Origin: an uncultured Ignavibacteriales bacterium | GTDB lineage: Bacteria; Zixibacteria; MSB-5A5; GN15; JAAZOE01 | Reading direction: 5' to 3' | Length of the DNA stretch: 64,000 nt | NCBI GenBank assembly: GCA_964549765.1 | Contig: CAZJWR010000008.1 | Coordinates: forward strand, 16,097-80,096 | In this document: in pieces, positions 49,589-58,147 of the stretch | How positions within the stretch are numbered: the first letter of the stretch is position 1 | Layout: each line of letters starts with the position of its first letter | Position numbers and translations under genes: made by a program | The notes under the pieces: model-generated | Seen by the model: only the letters and a program-made list of their open reading frames with translations | What the model was told of the DNA's origin: nothing | Databases searched by the model: none

Positions 49589-51202
49589 CTAATGGAACTC
49601 ATCCCATTCGATGAAGCCTTCGCGGATATCGGTCATACAGTTCACGATCAATTCGACGAGCCCGCCGTATTGGAGTTTGCACCGTTCCCAGGCGTCATAA
49701 TAATTCAACAAATCGCGAATCTGGCCCTTGCAGTTGGAGCAGGGAGCGCATACGTACTTGGGAACCTCGGGGCTGCGTTCTTCCTTCGTGAAGGCGTTGA
49801 GTATCTGGGCGAATTTTTTGCGGCCTGATACCGTCGCCCGCCAGTTGGGGAAATTGTTCGACTGCATGATGGCGAACCCGCTGCCACCGCCACAGCAGTA
49901 GTTGTTGACACCGTGCGGGGTCATTTCGCGGAATTTCGGCGATATCTTGCGAATTACCCGCCGCTGCGGCTCAATAATCCCCATCGACCGGGTAATGTTG
50001 CACGGATCGTGCAGGGTCGTCGGGAAATCGTTGCGTTCGGGATCCACTTTGATTTTGCCGTTGTTGACGATATCGTCGAGGGTCACGAAGCACGACTCGC
50101 GGGGCACGTTGGCTTCGCCCAACCAGACACGATCGCCGATGGCCATCGCCGCCTTGTGGGCATGGCCGCATTCGCCCAGCACAACCTTCCTGACGCCGAG
50201 TTTCTTGGCGATCTCGGCATGCTTGAGTGTCACGCGGGCCAATTGCACATCCTCGTAGAACAATCCGTAATTCACCGAATCGTACCCTACCAGATCGCTC
50301 GACAAGGTCCAACTGATCCCGGCCGCTTCGAAAATGATGGCGAACGCCTCGATGTTTTCCGGCCAGGAAAGGAATTCGCCGGCATTGTGGATAATCAGAA
50401 TATCGGCGCCGGATTTGTCGAACGGAAACTTGATGTTCAGGCCGGTACGGTCGGTGATGTCCTCTTCCATGAACTCGAACAGGTCCATCAAGGCTTCGGG
50501 ATTGATGCCGGTCGACGATCCGGTCTTAAGCTGTTTGACGGTTCCGGCCTCGTGGAGCTCTTCGGGCGCGATCCCCAGCTCCTGGCTGAATAACTTTCGG
50601 ATTTCGCGGGCAATGAGACCGTTGTCGACGCCCATCGGGCAGCTTTGCGCGCACCGGCGGCAGAGGTTGCAGCGATACGCCAGATGCGCCAGGCGCGCGA
50701 TGGTTTCGTAATTGAGATCGATGTCGGCCCCGGTCAGCTTGGCCGTCAATTTGCCGCCGGGAGCGATATACTTTCTGATGATTCGCCGCAGAATATCGGA
50801 ACGGAACAACGGGCGGTAGGCTTCAATCCGGCCGCTCATCTCATACACATGGCACGCTTCCGAGCATGTATTACACTTCACGCAATTGTCTATGGACAGC
50901 ATGAACGGCTTCAGGAACGGCCAATTGTTTTCCTCGGACAGGAGCTTGCGCAAACCTTCCAGAAAATTCGCGACGAGCTTCTGCTTTTCCTCTTCGGTCT
51001 TGAGAACCGGCACGGGAACATTGAGCACGCCGTCGAGTGAGACATCCTTGGTTTCGCGCTTGAGAGCGGAGACTTCGGGATACGGCGAATCTTCCCAGTC
51101 TTCATACGGGTACGGCAGTTTGGGGAGCTTTTCCAGGTCGATGGATACCAGCTGCTCGGTCTCTTGGGAGACGTCCTTGACCCTGATGTTGTTCTTACTC
51201 AT
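49589..51202 (-). CDS. DsrK/HdrD-like Fe-S oxidoreductase (CCG domain)
   Basis: CVKCNTCSEAC and CNLCRRCAQSCP [4Fe-4S] motifs; GECGH, HDPCN, CCGGGSG and APCSNC. Confidence 0.88.
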   Translation of the reverse strand: MSKNNIRVKDVSQETEQLVSIDLEKLPKLPYPYEDWEDSPYPEVSALKRETKDVSLDGVLNVPVPVLKTEEEKQKLVANFLEGLRKLLSEENNWPFLKPFMLSIDNCVKCNTCSEACHVYEMSGRIEAYRPLFRSDILRRIIRKYIAPGGKLTAKLTGADIDLNYETIARLAHLAYRCNLCRRCAQSCPMGVDNGLIAREIRKLFSQELGIAPEELHEAGTVKQLKTGSSTGINPEALMDLFEFMEEDITDRTGLNIKFPFDKSGADILIIHNAGEFLSWPENIEAFAIIFEAAGISWTLSSDLVGYDSVNYGLFYEDVQLARVTLKHAEIAKKLGVRKVVLGECGHAHKAAMAIGDRVWLGEANVPRESCFVTLDDIVNNGKIKVDPERNDFPTTLHDPCNITRSMGIIEPQRRVIRKISPKFREMTPHGVNNYCCGGGSGFAIMQSNNFPNWRATVSGRKKFAQILNAFTKEERSPEVPKYVCAPCSNCKGQIRDLLNYYDAWERCKLQYGGLVELIVNCMTDIREGFIEWDEFH

Positions 51203-52112
51203 GCTTCATCTCCTTGACTACCTCGGTCCACGGTTCTCCGGTCTGTATATGCGGCCCCTTCCAGCCGACTTTTTGATGGAGCAGTTCGACGATATGTTTT
51301 TCGATGTCGCTGCCGCGCGGGTTGGGCGTGTCATTCCAGCGGACGGAATGATACAGGAAATACTTGGCCACGAAATGCGACATCCGGCCCAGCGGGATAT
51401 ACATGATCAGGAGCGATCCCAGAACGATTTCGGTGATCAGCCAGCCGTTGAGCGCCGGCGCGCCGGAGAGAGTGATCAGCGACTGAACATAAGAGCGCAT
51501 ATTGACAAAGCCGGGATCGGTCGTCAGTTGGCCGATGAGCGTAATAACGACGACGACGACAAAGAACAGCAGGTTGATGTATTCGACCGGGGCGTTGTAG
51601 GGGCGTTGATTCTTGTCGGTCGCGCGCCAGATAAACAATCCAAGGGCGCCGACGCCGGCCAAAACCAAACCGGCAAAACCGGCGATAACCGTCACCGCGT
51701 GTATCACCGCGCTGATCCCGCCGGCCGCCATCGAAACCGTGCCGCCCGCGGCTTGGATGATACCGCCGGTAATAAGCAGGCCGAGCCATCCGATGCAGAC
51801 ATAAAGACCGAAATGGAACGGCATGGAAAACGCCCAGACTTTGAGGTTGTTGTGGAATACTCCCTTGAGGAAGAATATCTCCTCGGCCATCTCCTTGATT
51901 TCGCGGACGAAATCCGAATGACGGGGTTTGGTCCACCAATCGAGTTCTTCGAGGTACGACCCGCCGTAATCGGCCCGGCCCCGCTCATGCGGCACCGGAT
52001 ACAATTCCCATCGAAAATGCATCGGCGCCTTTATATACCGCATGGCCTTGGCGATCATGGCGATGATGGCGACGACCACAGCGACGTAGGTTATCAGTTG
52101 CACGACTTGCAT
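51195..52112 (-). CDS. DsrM/NarI-like membrane cytochrome b
   Basis: AAGGAG RBS; HFRWELYPVPHE..GGSY.EE.DWW; multiple TM helices; MSHFVAKYFLYHSVRW. It overlaps the dsrK-like start. Confidence 0.85.
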   Translation of the reverse strand: MQVVQLITYVAVVVAIIAMIAKAMRYIKAPMHFRWELYPVPHERGRADYGGSYLEELDWWTKPRHSDFVREIKEMAEEIFFLKGVFHNNLKVWAFSMPFHFGLYVCIGWLGLLITGGIIQAAGGTVSMAAGGISAVIHAVTVIAGFAGLVLAGVGALGLFIWRATDKNQRPYNAPVEYINLLFFVVVVVITLIGQLTTDPGFVNMRSYVQSLITLSGAPALNGWLITEIVLGSLLIMYIPLGRMSHFVAKYFLYHSVRWNDTPNPRGSDIEKHIVELLHQKVGWKGPHIQTGEPWTEVVKEMKHE

Positions 52113-52129
52113 CTCATTCCACTCCTTGA

Positions 52130-52663
52130 CTACGATGTCTGATCTTCGGTATGTTCCGGGGGACAGCTCGTGCGAGCGACGGCATCCGAGCTGTACACCA
52201 TTCGATTGACGTTTAAGTAGGGAATATCCGGATGTTTCTTCTCGACATTCGCCATCCATGAATGATCGATAACGTCGGCGAGGGTATATTCATCCAGAAC
52301 TTCCTGAATCTTGTGGCTGATCAGCGCCCAGATCGTACGGGCTTCACAAAACTCGGCGTTCAGGCACAAATCCGAATTCGCCACACAATCGGTAGCGAAA
52401 ATCGGCCCCTGAACGGCCCGGACGATTTCCCTGATGGTGATATCCGCGGCGGGGCGAGCCAATTTGTAGCCGCCTTTTTTGCCGGAAACGCCGATCAACA
52501 GGCCGTTATCCCGCAATGAAATGGCCAATTGCCCGAGATAATTACCGGAAAGGCCCGTGATTTGGGCGATTCTCTTGAGCTGCACGAGGTGTTCCGTCTC
52601 AAGCAGCCGGGCCATCTCGACCATCATCCGTAAACCGTATCTGGCGCGCGTCGAAAATCTCAT
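52130..52663 (-). CDS. Rrf2-family transcriptional regulator with three Fe-S Cys (IscR-like)
   Basis: STRARYGLR, GKKGGYKLARPA..IT, C-x5-C-x5-C. Confidence 0.92.
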   Translation of the reverse strand: MRFSTRARYGLRMMVEMARLLETEHLVQLKRIAQITGLSGNYLGQLAISLRDNGLLIGVSGKKGGYKLARPAADITIREIVRAVQGPIFATDCVANSDLCLNAEFCEARTIWALISHKIQEVLDEYTLADVIDHSWMANVEKKHPDIPYLNVNRMVYSSDAVARTSCPPEHTEDQTS

Positions 52664-52701
52664 ATATTTTTTTACACTTTCCTCTATTCGAGCGCTTCAA
52701 C

Positions 52702-52744
52702 AAAAACCTACTAAAATGATAAGTTTATGACGCGGGCTTGTCAA
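52702..52744 (-). promoter_or_regulatory. Sigma70 promoter overlapped by a putative Rrf2 operator
   Basis: Minus strand TTGACA-N17-TATCAT (52744-52716). The imperfect palindrome AAACCTACTAAAATGATAAGTTT covers the -10 and start site. Confidence 0.65.
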
Positions 52745-52760
52745 GTGAAATCTTTCACAA
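52743..52760. promoter_or_regulatory. Rex-like operator
   Basis: Minus strand TTGTGAA-AGAT-TTCACTT versus Rex consensus TTGTGAA-N4-TTCACAA (2 mismatches). It overlaps the edge of the -35. Confidence 0.65.
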
Positions 52761-52906
52761 AATGCGACATTGGCGAAAAATAGCTAAGCCATTATAATTT
52801 AACGTAATAGCGAGATTTTTGGAACCTGGAGGAGGCAGTTTTTGATATATAGTTCCGGACCCGGGCGTATTTTCGCAGATCTTTTTGAAAGAAACCCTGC
52901 CCGTAA

Positions 52907-55108
52907 TCAGCTCTCGACCATGATCGGCTTTTCCGCCCGGTCGAGGACATTACCGATACTCGCGGCGGTCACCCCGTTCTTCTCAAGCAATTCGAGGAGC
53001 CTGTCCGCTTTACCTTTGGGAACGGAAATAAGCAAACCGCCGGAAGTCTGGGCGTCGTTCAATATCAGACGCTTGATATCAGATAGGCTTTGTTCATACT
53101 GGACATGGGGGGCAGTAAAATCGAAATTGTCTCTGGTGCCGCCGGGAATTACCCCGGAAACCGCCAATTCCTCGACCCCCGGCAATAATGGAACCTGCCC
53201 GGCGCGTATCACCGCCGAGGTTTTGGAGCCTTCCGCCATTTCCAGCAAATGCCCCAGAAGTCCGAATCCGGTGATATCGGTGCAGGAATTGACGCCGATT
53301 TCCTGCATGGATTCGGCGGCGGATTTGTTGAGCGCGGCCATGGTTTCGATAAGCCGAAGCTTTTGATTCTCGTTGAGCAGCCCCCGCTTGAGGGCCGTGG
53401 CGAGAATGCCCGTGCCGATCGGTTTGGTGAGGATCAGGCCATCGCCGGGTTTAGCGGCGCGATTGGTGATTACCCGGTCGGGATGGATTAGCCCGGTGAC
53501 AGCCAGACCGAATTTCGGTTCGGTGTCGTCCACGGTGTGGCCGCCGATGATGGCGATCCCGGCTTCTTTTGCTTTGGATTGGGCCCCGGCCAGTATTTTT
53601 TGGAGGACGCCGATTGGCAGGCGATTGCTGGGGAAGCCGACGATGTTGAGCGCAAAGAGTGGCTTGCCGCCCATGGCATAGATATCGCTTAACGAATTAG
53701 CGGCGGCTATGGCGCCGAATTGGAACGGGTCATCGACAATCGGCGTGAAAAAATCGACCGTCTGCACGATGGCGATATCGGCGCTGACGCGATAAACGGC
53801 GGCGTCGTCGGAAGTATCCGTGCCGACGATGATATCGACATCCTCGGGCACAGGCATGCTGCGCAAGACCTCTTCCAATAGCTGCGGGCGCAATTTGCAG
53901 GCGCACCCCAGGCCGTGGGTATACTGCGTCAGCTTGACGTCTTCAAATGATCCACTCGATACAACGACGCCCCCTGACGGCTTGAGCTTTTCAACGACCT
54001 TCTCGATCTCCTCCAGAGCACGGTCGATTTCGTCCTGGTTCGTGTGGCGGCCGACCGAAAAACGGATCGTCCCCATGGCATATTCGAGGGGAACATCCAT
54101 CGCTTCCAGCACAGCCGACACATCCACCCGGTCGCTGTGACAGGCCGCGCCCGCCGACGCTGCCACCTGATCCAGTTCGGCCAGGATGGTGTTGGCTTCG
54201 AGGCCGCGAAACGACACGCTGCAGGTATTGGGCAGGCGTTTTTCCGGATGACCGTTGATGCGAACATCGGGAAATCGTTCCTTAAGACCGTTTTCGAGGC
54301 GGTCGCGCAATCTTTTCATGTGGTCATGATACCCGCCCGGATTCTGGGACACCATGGCGCAGGCTTCACCGAGGCCGGCTATTTCCAGCACATTTTCCGT
54401 CCCGGCCCGACGATTCATTTCGTGGTCGGCGCCGTGAACGAATTTTTCCAGGCGGATGCCGCTCCGGATATACAGCGCCCCAATCCCCTTCGGCGCATAT
54501 AATTTGTGTCCCGCGATCGACAGCAGATCGACGCCGAGATCATCGGCCCGGACCGGGATTTTGCCGACTGACTGGGCGCAGTCGCTGTGCATGATGATGT
54601 CATGGGCATGAGCGATTTTCGCGATTTCGGCGATGGGTTCGACCGTGCCGACCTCATTATTGGCGTGCATGATCGTAATCAAAATCGTCTGCGGCGCGAT
54701 CGCGTTTTCCACCTGTGCCGGGTCGACGAGCCCGTATTCATCGACAGGAAGAAAGGTGATGCGGTAGCCCTGCTCTTCGAGGTAATGACAGACTTCGGTG
54801 ACGGCCGGGTGTTCGATAGCCGAAGTGATAATATGATTACCCTTGCTCCGATAGGCATGCGCCACGCCCTTGATGGCGTAATTGTTTGATTCGGTGCCGC
54901 CGCTGGTGAAAATGATTTCCTCGATGCCGCAGCCCAGCATATCGGCCACCTGCCGGCGGGCGTTTTCCACGGCCTTTTTGGTGGTGACGCCAAAGGCGTG
55001 GCTGCTGGAGGGATTGCCGAAATTCTTCTGCAGATACGGCAGCATCGCGTCGGCCACCCGGGGATCGATCGGCGTCGTGGCGTTATAGTCGAGGTATATC
55101 GGAGCCAT
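52907..55108 (-). CDS. selD: Fusion of a NifS/IscS-like cysteine desulfurase (or Sec lyase) and selenophosphate synthetase SelD
   Basis: N-half: YLDYNATTP, FGNPSS, AGHKLY (PLP Lys), RAGTEN, SAGAACHS. C-half: LTQYTHGLGCACK, DDAAVY, TVDFFTP, DITGFGLLGH, DAQTSGGLL. It is one uninterrupted ORF. Confidence 0.94.
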   Translation of the reverse strand: MAPIYLDYNATTPIDPRVADAMLPYLQKNFGNPSSSHAFGVTTKKAVENARRQVADMLGCGIEEIIFTSGGTESNNYAIKGVAHAYRSKGNHIITSAIEHPAVTEVCHYLEEQGYRITFLPVDEYGLVDPAQVENAIAPQTILITIMHANNEVGTVEPIAEIAKIAHAHDIIMHSDCAQSVGKIPVRADDLGVDLLSIAGHKLYAPKGIGALYIRSGIRLEKFVHGADHEMNRRAGTENVLEIAGLGEACAMVSQNPGGYHDHMKRLRDRLENGLKERFPDVRINGHPEKRLPNTCSVSFRGLEANTILAELDQVAASAGAACHSDRVDVSAVLEAMDVPLEYAMGTIRFSVGRHTNQDEIDRALEEIEKVVEKLKPSGGVVVSSGSFEDVKLTQYTHGLGCACKLRPQLLEEVLRSMPVPEDVDIIVGTDTSDDAAVYRVSADIAIVQTVDFFTPIVDDPFQFGAIAAANSLSDIYAMGGKPLFALNIVGFPSNRLPIGVLQKILAGAQSKAKEAGIAIIGGHTVDDTEPKFGLAVTGLIHPDRVITNRAAKPGDGLILTKPIGTGILATALKRGLLNENQKLRLIETMAALNKSAAESMQEIGVNSCTDITGFGLLGHLLEMAEGSKTSAVIRAGQVPLLPGVEELAVSGVIPGGTRDNFDFTAPHVQYEQSLSDIKRLILNDAQTSGGLLISVPKGKADRLLELLEKNGVTAASIGNVLDRAEKPIMVES

Positions 55109-55179
55109 TCTTGTCCTTTCTTTCACCGCGGAATATCTTGTTGAAGATTCATCCTCGCATCAAGTCAAAAGTCCGGTTA

Positions 55180-55249
55180 TGTCATGCCCGCGAAAGCAGG
55201 AATCCATCTCATATTGATGCTCCTGGTTCCCGCCTACGCGGGAATGACA
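55180..55249. repeat. dRS3/RPE-like palindromic element (GTCATxCCCGCG...CGCGGGAATGAC)
   Basis: TGTCATGCCCGCGAAAGCAGGAATCCA...TGGTTCCCGCCTACGCGGGAATGACA. Confidence 0.75.
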
Positions 55250-55364
55250 ACTAACATGCTTACCTGCCGTGCATAGAGATTTAGGCCGTTTCTTCGATCA
55301 CGGCAAAGATCACGGGAAGGCTTCACGCCCGCATATTTTACACCAAGTCCATGCACAGGCACAA

Positions 55365-56261
55365 TCAGAATTCCCGCCGAACGCCGAATTTCGACCTGAT
55401 GCAATCGACTATGACCAGGCAACTGTCGGCAAATGCTGCGTTCCCCAGCAGCTTGGTCGTTTCCAGAGCCGGGTCGGGCCAATCCACAAAGGTAACCGTG
55501 GGCGTTTTCATCCGGAAATCACCGATAACCATATCATATTGGGATGGAGCGGCCCAGATGGCGACATATTTCCCCCAGGACGAAATGCTATCTTTGACGA
55601 CTGTCGATTCGTTGCCGTTGAGCCCTGTCGCCCATTGCCACCAGTCGAGCGGCAGGATCAAAGCGGCGGACGAGGAACCGCAGTCGTACCGTACCGCCGG
55701 TATCGTATCTTCGCCCATCTCGATGCTTACATAAAACTTATTGTAGGAAATCGTGGCCGGAACATAGTCGATCGGCCCTGCCGAAATATCGGCTAGATCC
55801 GCGGTATCATCCAGAACGGCGTAGCGTTCGCGGGGAAAATCAAGAACGAGGATTTTCCCGACGACTTTGTCAAGCCCGATGGTTCCGACGAGACGGTCGT
55901 GAGGGTCGTCCGACAGCGAATCGATATCGGCATCAATCGTCCAGTTGAGAAATAGCGGCCTTTCCAACGGGCTCGAACTCCCGTACCATCGGAACGACGG
56001 CATATCGCCGTTGATTGAATCAACGTCGATGCCGAATTTGCGCAGAATTTTCCCGTAAAAGATCGTCGCGTCGGCGCCGGTGTCAAGTTGCGCGTACAAC
56101 GTGCCCGGAACGCCCGGTATTTCTATAGGAACGAGCATGGCCGCCTTCGGGCATTCCTTGCCGCCGATTTTCGCCGAAGACCAGATAAACGTATCATAGT
56201 TGACCGCTCCGGCGGGTAAAGCCATAACCAGTAGCAGCGAAAGAATTGTGATCGATCTCAT
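55365..56261 (-). CDS. Secreted two-lobed aspartic-protease-like protein
   Basis: Signal peptide; QLDTGA...GTIGLD in the first lobe and YDCGSS...LLGN in the second. Confidence 0.65.
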   Translation of the reverse strand: MRSITILSLLLVMALPAGAVNYDTFIWSSAKIGGKECPKAAMLVPIEIPGVPGTLYAQLDTGADATIFYGKILRKFGIDVDSINGDMPSFRWYGSSSPLERPLFLNWTIDADIDSLSDDPHDRLVGTIGLDKVVGKILVLDFPRERYAVLDDTADLADISAGPIDYVPATISYNKFYVSIEMGEDTIPAVRYDCGSSSAALILPLDWWQWATGLNGNESTVVKDSISSWGKYVAIWAAPSQYDMVIGDFRMKTPTVTFVDWPDPALETTKLLGNAAFADSCLVIVDCIRSKFGVRREF

Positions 56262-56483
56262 GGTCGGGCCTCCGTGAATTTTGCCTCACAGTTCAGCTAT
56301 AACCGACGTAGGCGGAGTTGTCAAGCGGGAATCGTCGCAGTTCTATGCGCCTTTACAACGATGTCCGGCGCTTTTGCATTTTGCAAGACCCGAATCGTCG
56401 ATCAATGATACGTTTATATTCGGGGCAAGTCGGGATAAATATCAGGTTGCCGGGGGTCGATACTATGGGAAAGGAGCCTGATC

Positions 56484-57005
56484 ATGAAAACGACAATATT
56501 TTCCATAATCATCGCGGCGCTGATGTTGGGCACTCTCGGCTGCTCGGAACCAAAAATCCAGGAAACGCAACTGCGGCAATTTGCGCTGGATTCGACCGAC
56601 GGGATCATTTCGAAGTCGAACGTGCAGCTTGACCCGAATATTTCCCACGATGGCCGGGGGTCGCTGCGGATCGACGCCGCCGCGCCGATACAAATCCGCC
56701 TGCTGGAATTGAACAATATTGACGTGGAGAAGGCGGTGTTGATTTATCGCGCCAAGCTTCGGTCGGAAAACCTCGACGGGACGGCTTATCTGGAAATGTG
56801 GTGCCGTTTTCCGGGGATGGGCGAGTATTTTTCGCGCAATATGGCCACGCCGGTGACGGGAACAATGGAATGGACGTCCGAGGAGACGCCGTTCTATTGC
56901 CTGAAAGGTCAGCGGCCCGATTTGGTTAAGTTGAATCTGGTGGTCGAGGGGACCGGCACGGTCTGGATCGACGACATCAACCTGGTCAAAGGCAATTTGC
57001 CGTAG
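56484..57005 (+). CDS. Hypothetical lipoprotein (CBM-like beta-sandwich suspected)
   Basis: AAGGAG RBS; lipobox LGC; GSLRI...GTVWIDDI.L pattern. Confidence 0.75.
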   Translation: MKTTIFSIIIAALMLGTLGCSEPKIQETQLRQFALDSTDGIISKSNVQLDPNISHDGRGSLRIDAAAPIQIRLLELNNIDVEKAVLIYRAKLRSENLDGTAYLEMWCRFPGMGEYFSRNMATPVTGTMEWTSEETPFYCLKGQRPDLVKLNLVVEGTGTVWIDDINLVKGNLP

Positions 57006-57039
57006 GCGCTATCCTATCCGGGCGGCTCGATGGATACGG

Positions 57040-58008
57040 TTACCCGACCGGGTCAGCCATCCCATATTTGCGTGCAAAATCGGCAATCCAATCTTCGTGG
57101 CGACCGGTCGATCGTATTTCCCGAACGACCTGCTGGATGGTAATCATACCCAGACAATCATGGTATTTCGTCGGCACGGTACCCGATAATTCGCGCCATA
57201 AGCCTCCGCTCGATGCGTCTCCCGACGCCGAGCCCATAAATATCGGATTCCTCGCATCGACCAGAAGCACATACGACCCGCCTTTGGTGAGCGCAAAGAG
57301 CAGCTCGCGGTAGAATTGATAGTCTGCCACGAACGGGCATTCCGATCGGGCCGCCATTTTTTCATCCATGATGCCGAAATTGTACATAAGATCCCAGTAT
57401 CGGCGACCCTTTCGATATAGATAGCAGCGCGAATAGTCAACCGCCGCCCGATTGCGCCCGTCGCAGTTTCTCGGGACCGCCCCACATCCCCCGAATTCCT
57501 TCTCGATGAGTTTGGCTTCGATAAACACGGATTTCTTCTCGCCGATAATAGCGGCGTCGAACGACGTCGGCTGTCCGTTATTCTCGTTGAACGCTTTTCT
57601 GTCTTCGTATTCGAATTCGGCCCTAATTGCGCCCTCCGGCCACGGAATATCGTTCTCGGCAAGAACCGTTCGCAGTGGTTCAAGATCATCACGGACGATC
57701 AACGGCCCGATCAGGTTGAACAGCATCGCCTGGCTGCTGAGACCGTGATGAATAAACTTATGCAACGGGAATAGCGCCCCCCGCTCGCGACGGAGCTGTT
57801 CGCCCCGGATATACTCGACAACGTCGTTGCAGATGATATTCCTTGACCATAAATCGCGGGATTGCAGGCAGTAATCCTTCTGTCGGTCGGTCGGGACGCC
57901 CCGGTCGGCAAACCACTTTGCGGCCGCCCTTTGCAGGGTAGCGACGAAATCCTTGTAGAGACTCCCGGTGTCCGCGTCTGGATTGGTGATGCCGTATTTC
58001 ACTTTCAT
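57040..58008 (-). CDS. PD-(D/E)xK restriction-endonuclease-like protein (PGN_0703-like)
   Basis: HHGLSSQA.LFN, EFEY, PTSFD...FIEAK.IE.EFGGC and CPF..YQFYRE motifs. Confidence 0.7.
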   Translation of the reverse strand: MKVKYGITNPDADTGSLYKDFVATLQRAAAKWFADRGVPTDRQKDYCLQSRDLWSRNIICNDVVEYIRGEQLRRERGALFPLHKFIHHGLSSQAMLFNLIGPLIVRDDLEPLRTVLAENDIPWPEGAIRAEFEYEDRKAFNENNGQPTSFDAAIIGEKKSVFIEAKLIEKEFGGCGAVPRNCDGRNRAAVDYSRCYLYRKGRRYWDLMYNFGIMDEKMAARSECPFVADYQFYRELLFALTKGGSYVLLVDARNPIFMGSASGDASSGGLWRELSGTVPTKYHDCLGMITIQQVVREIRSTGRHEDWIADFARKYGMADPVG

Positions 58009-58092
58009 GATCGCCCTCAATATATTCATCGACTTAATCGATAAAATATTTAACGGGTTTGGAGCTTCTGATTGAAAAATCGACATAAAAAA

Positions 58093-58120
58093 GTCAGGAG
58101 CCGTGGGGCTCCTGACCTGC
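58093..58120 (-). repeat. REP palindrome doubling as the gyrA terminator
   Basis: Minus strand GCAGGTCAGGAGCCCCACGGCTCCTGAC followed by TTTTTT; same family as 10380. Confidence 0.65.
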
Positions 58121-58147
58121 TAAGTGATCAATAAAATATCGGGCCGC

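Noticed and set aside
53893-53910. Possible Sec codon in the SelD active-site motif
   Set aside because: Both codons in GCACK are TGC, so this SelD is the Cys form.
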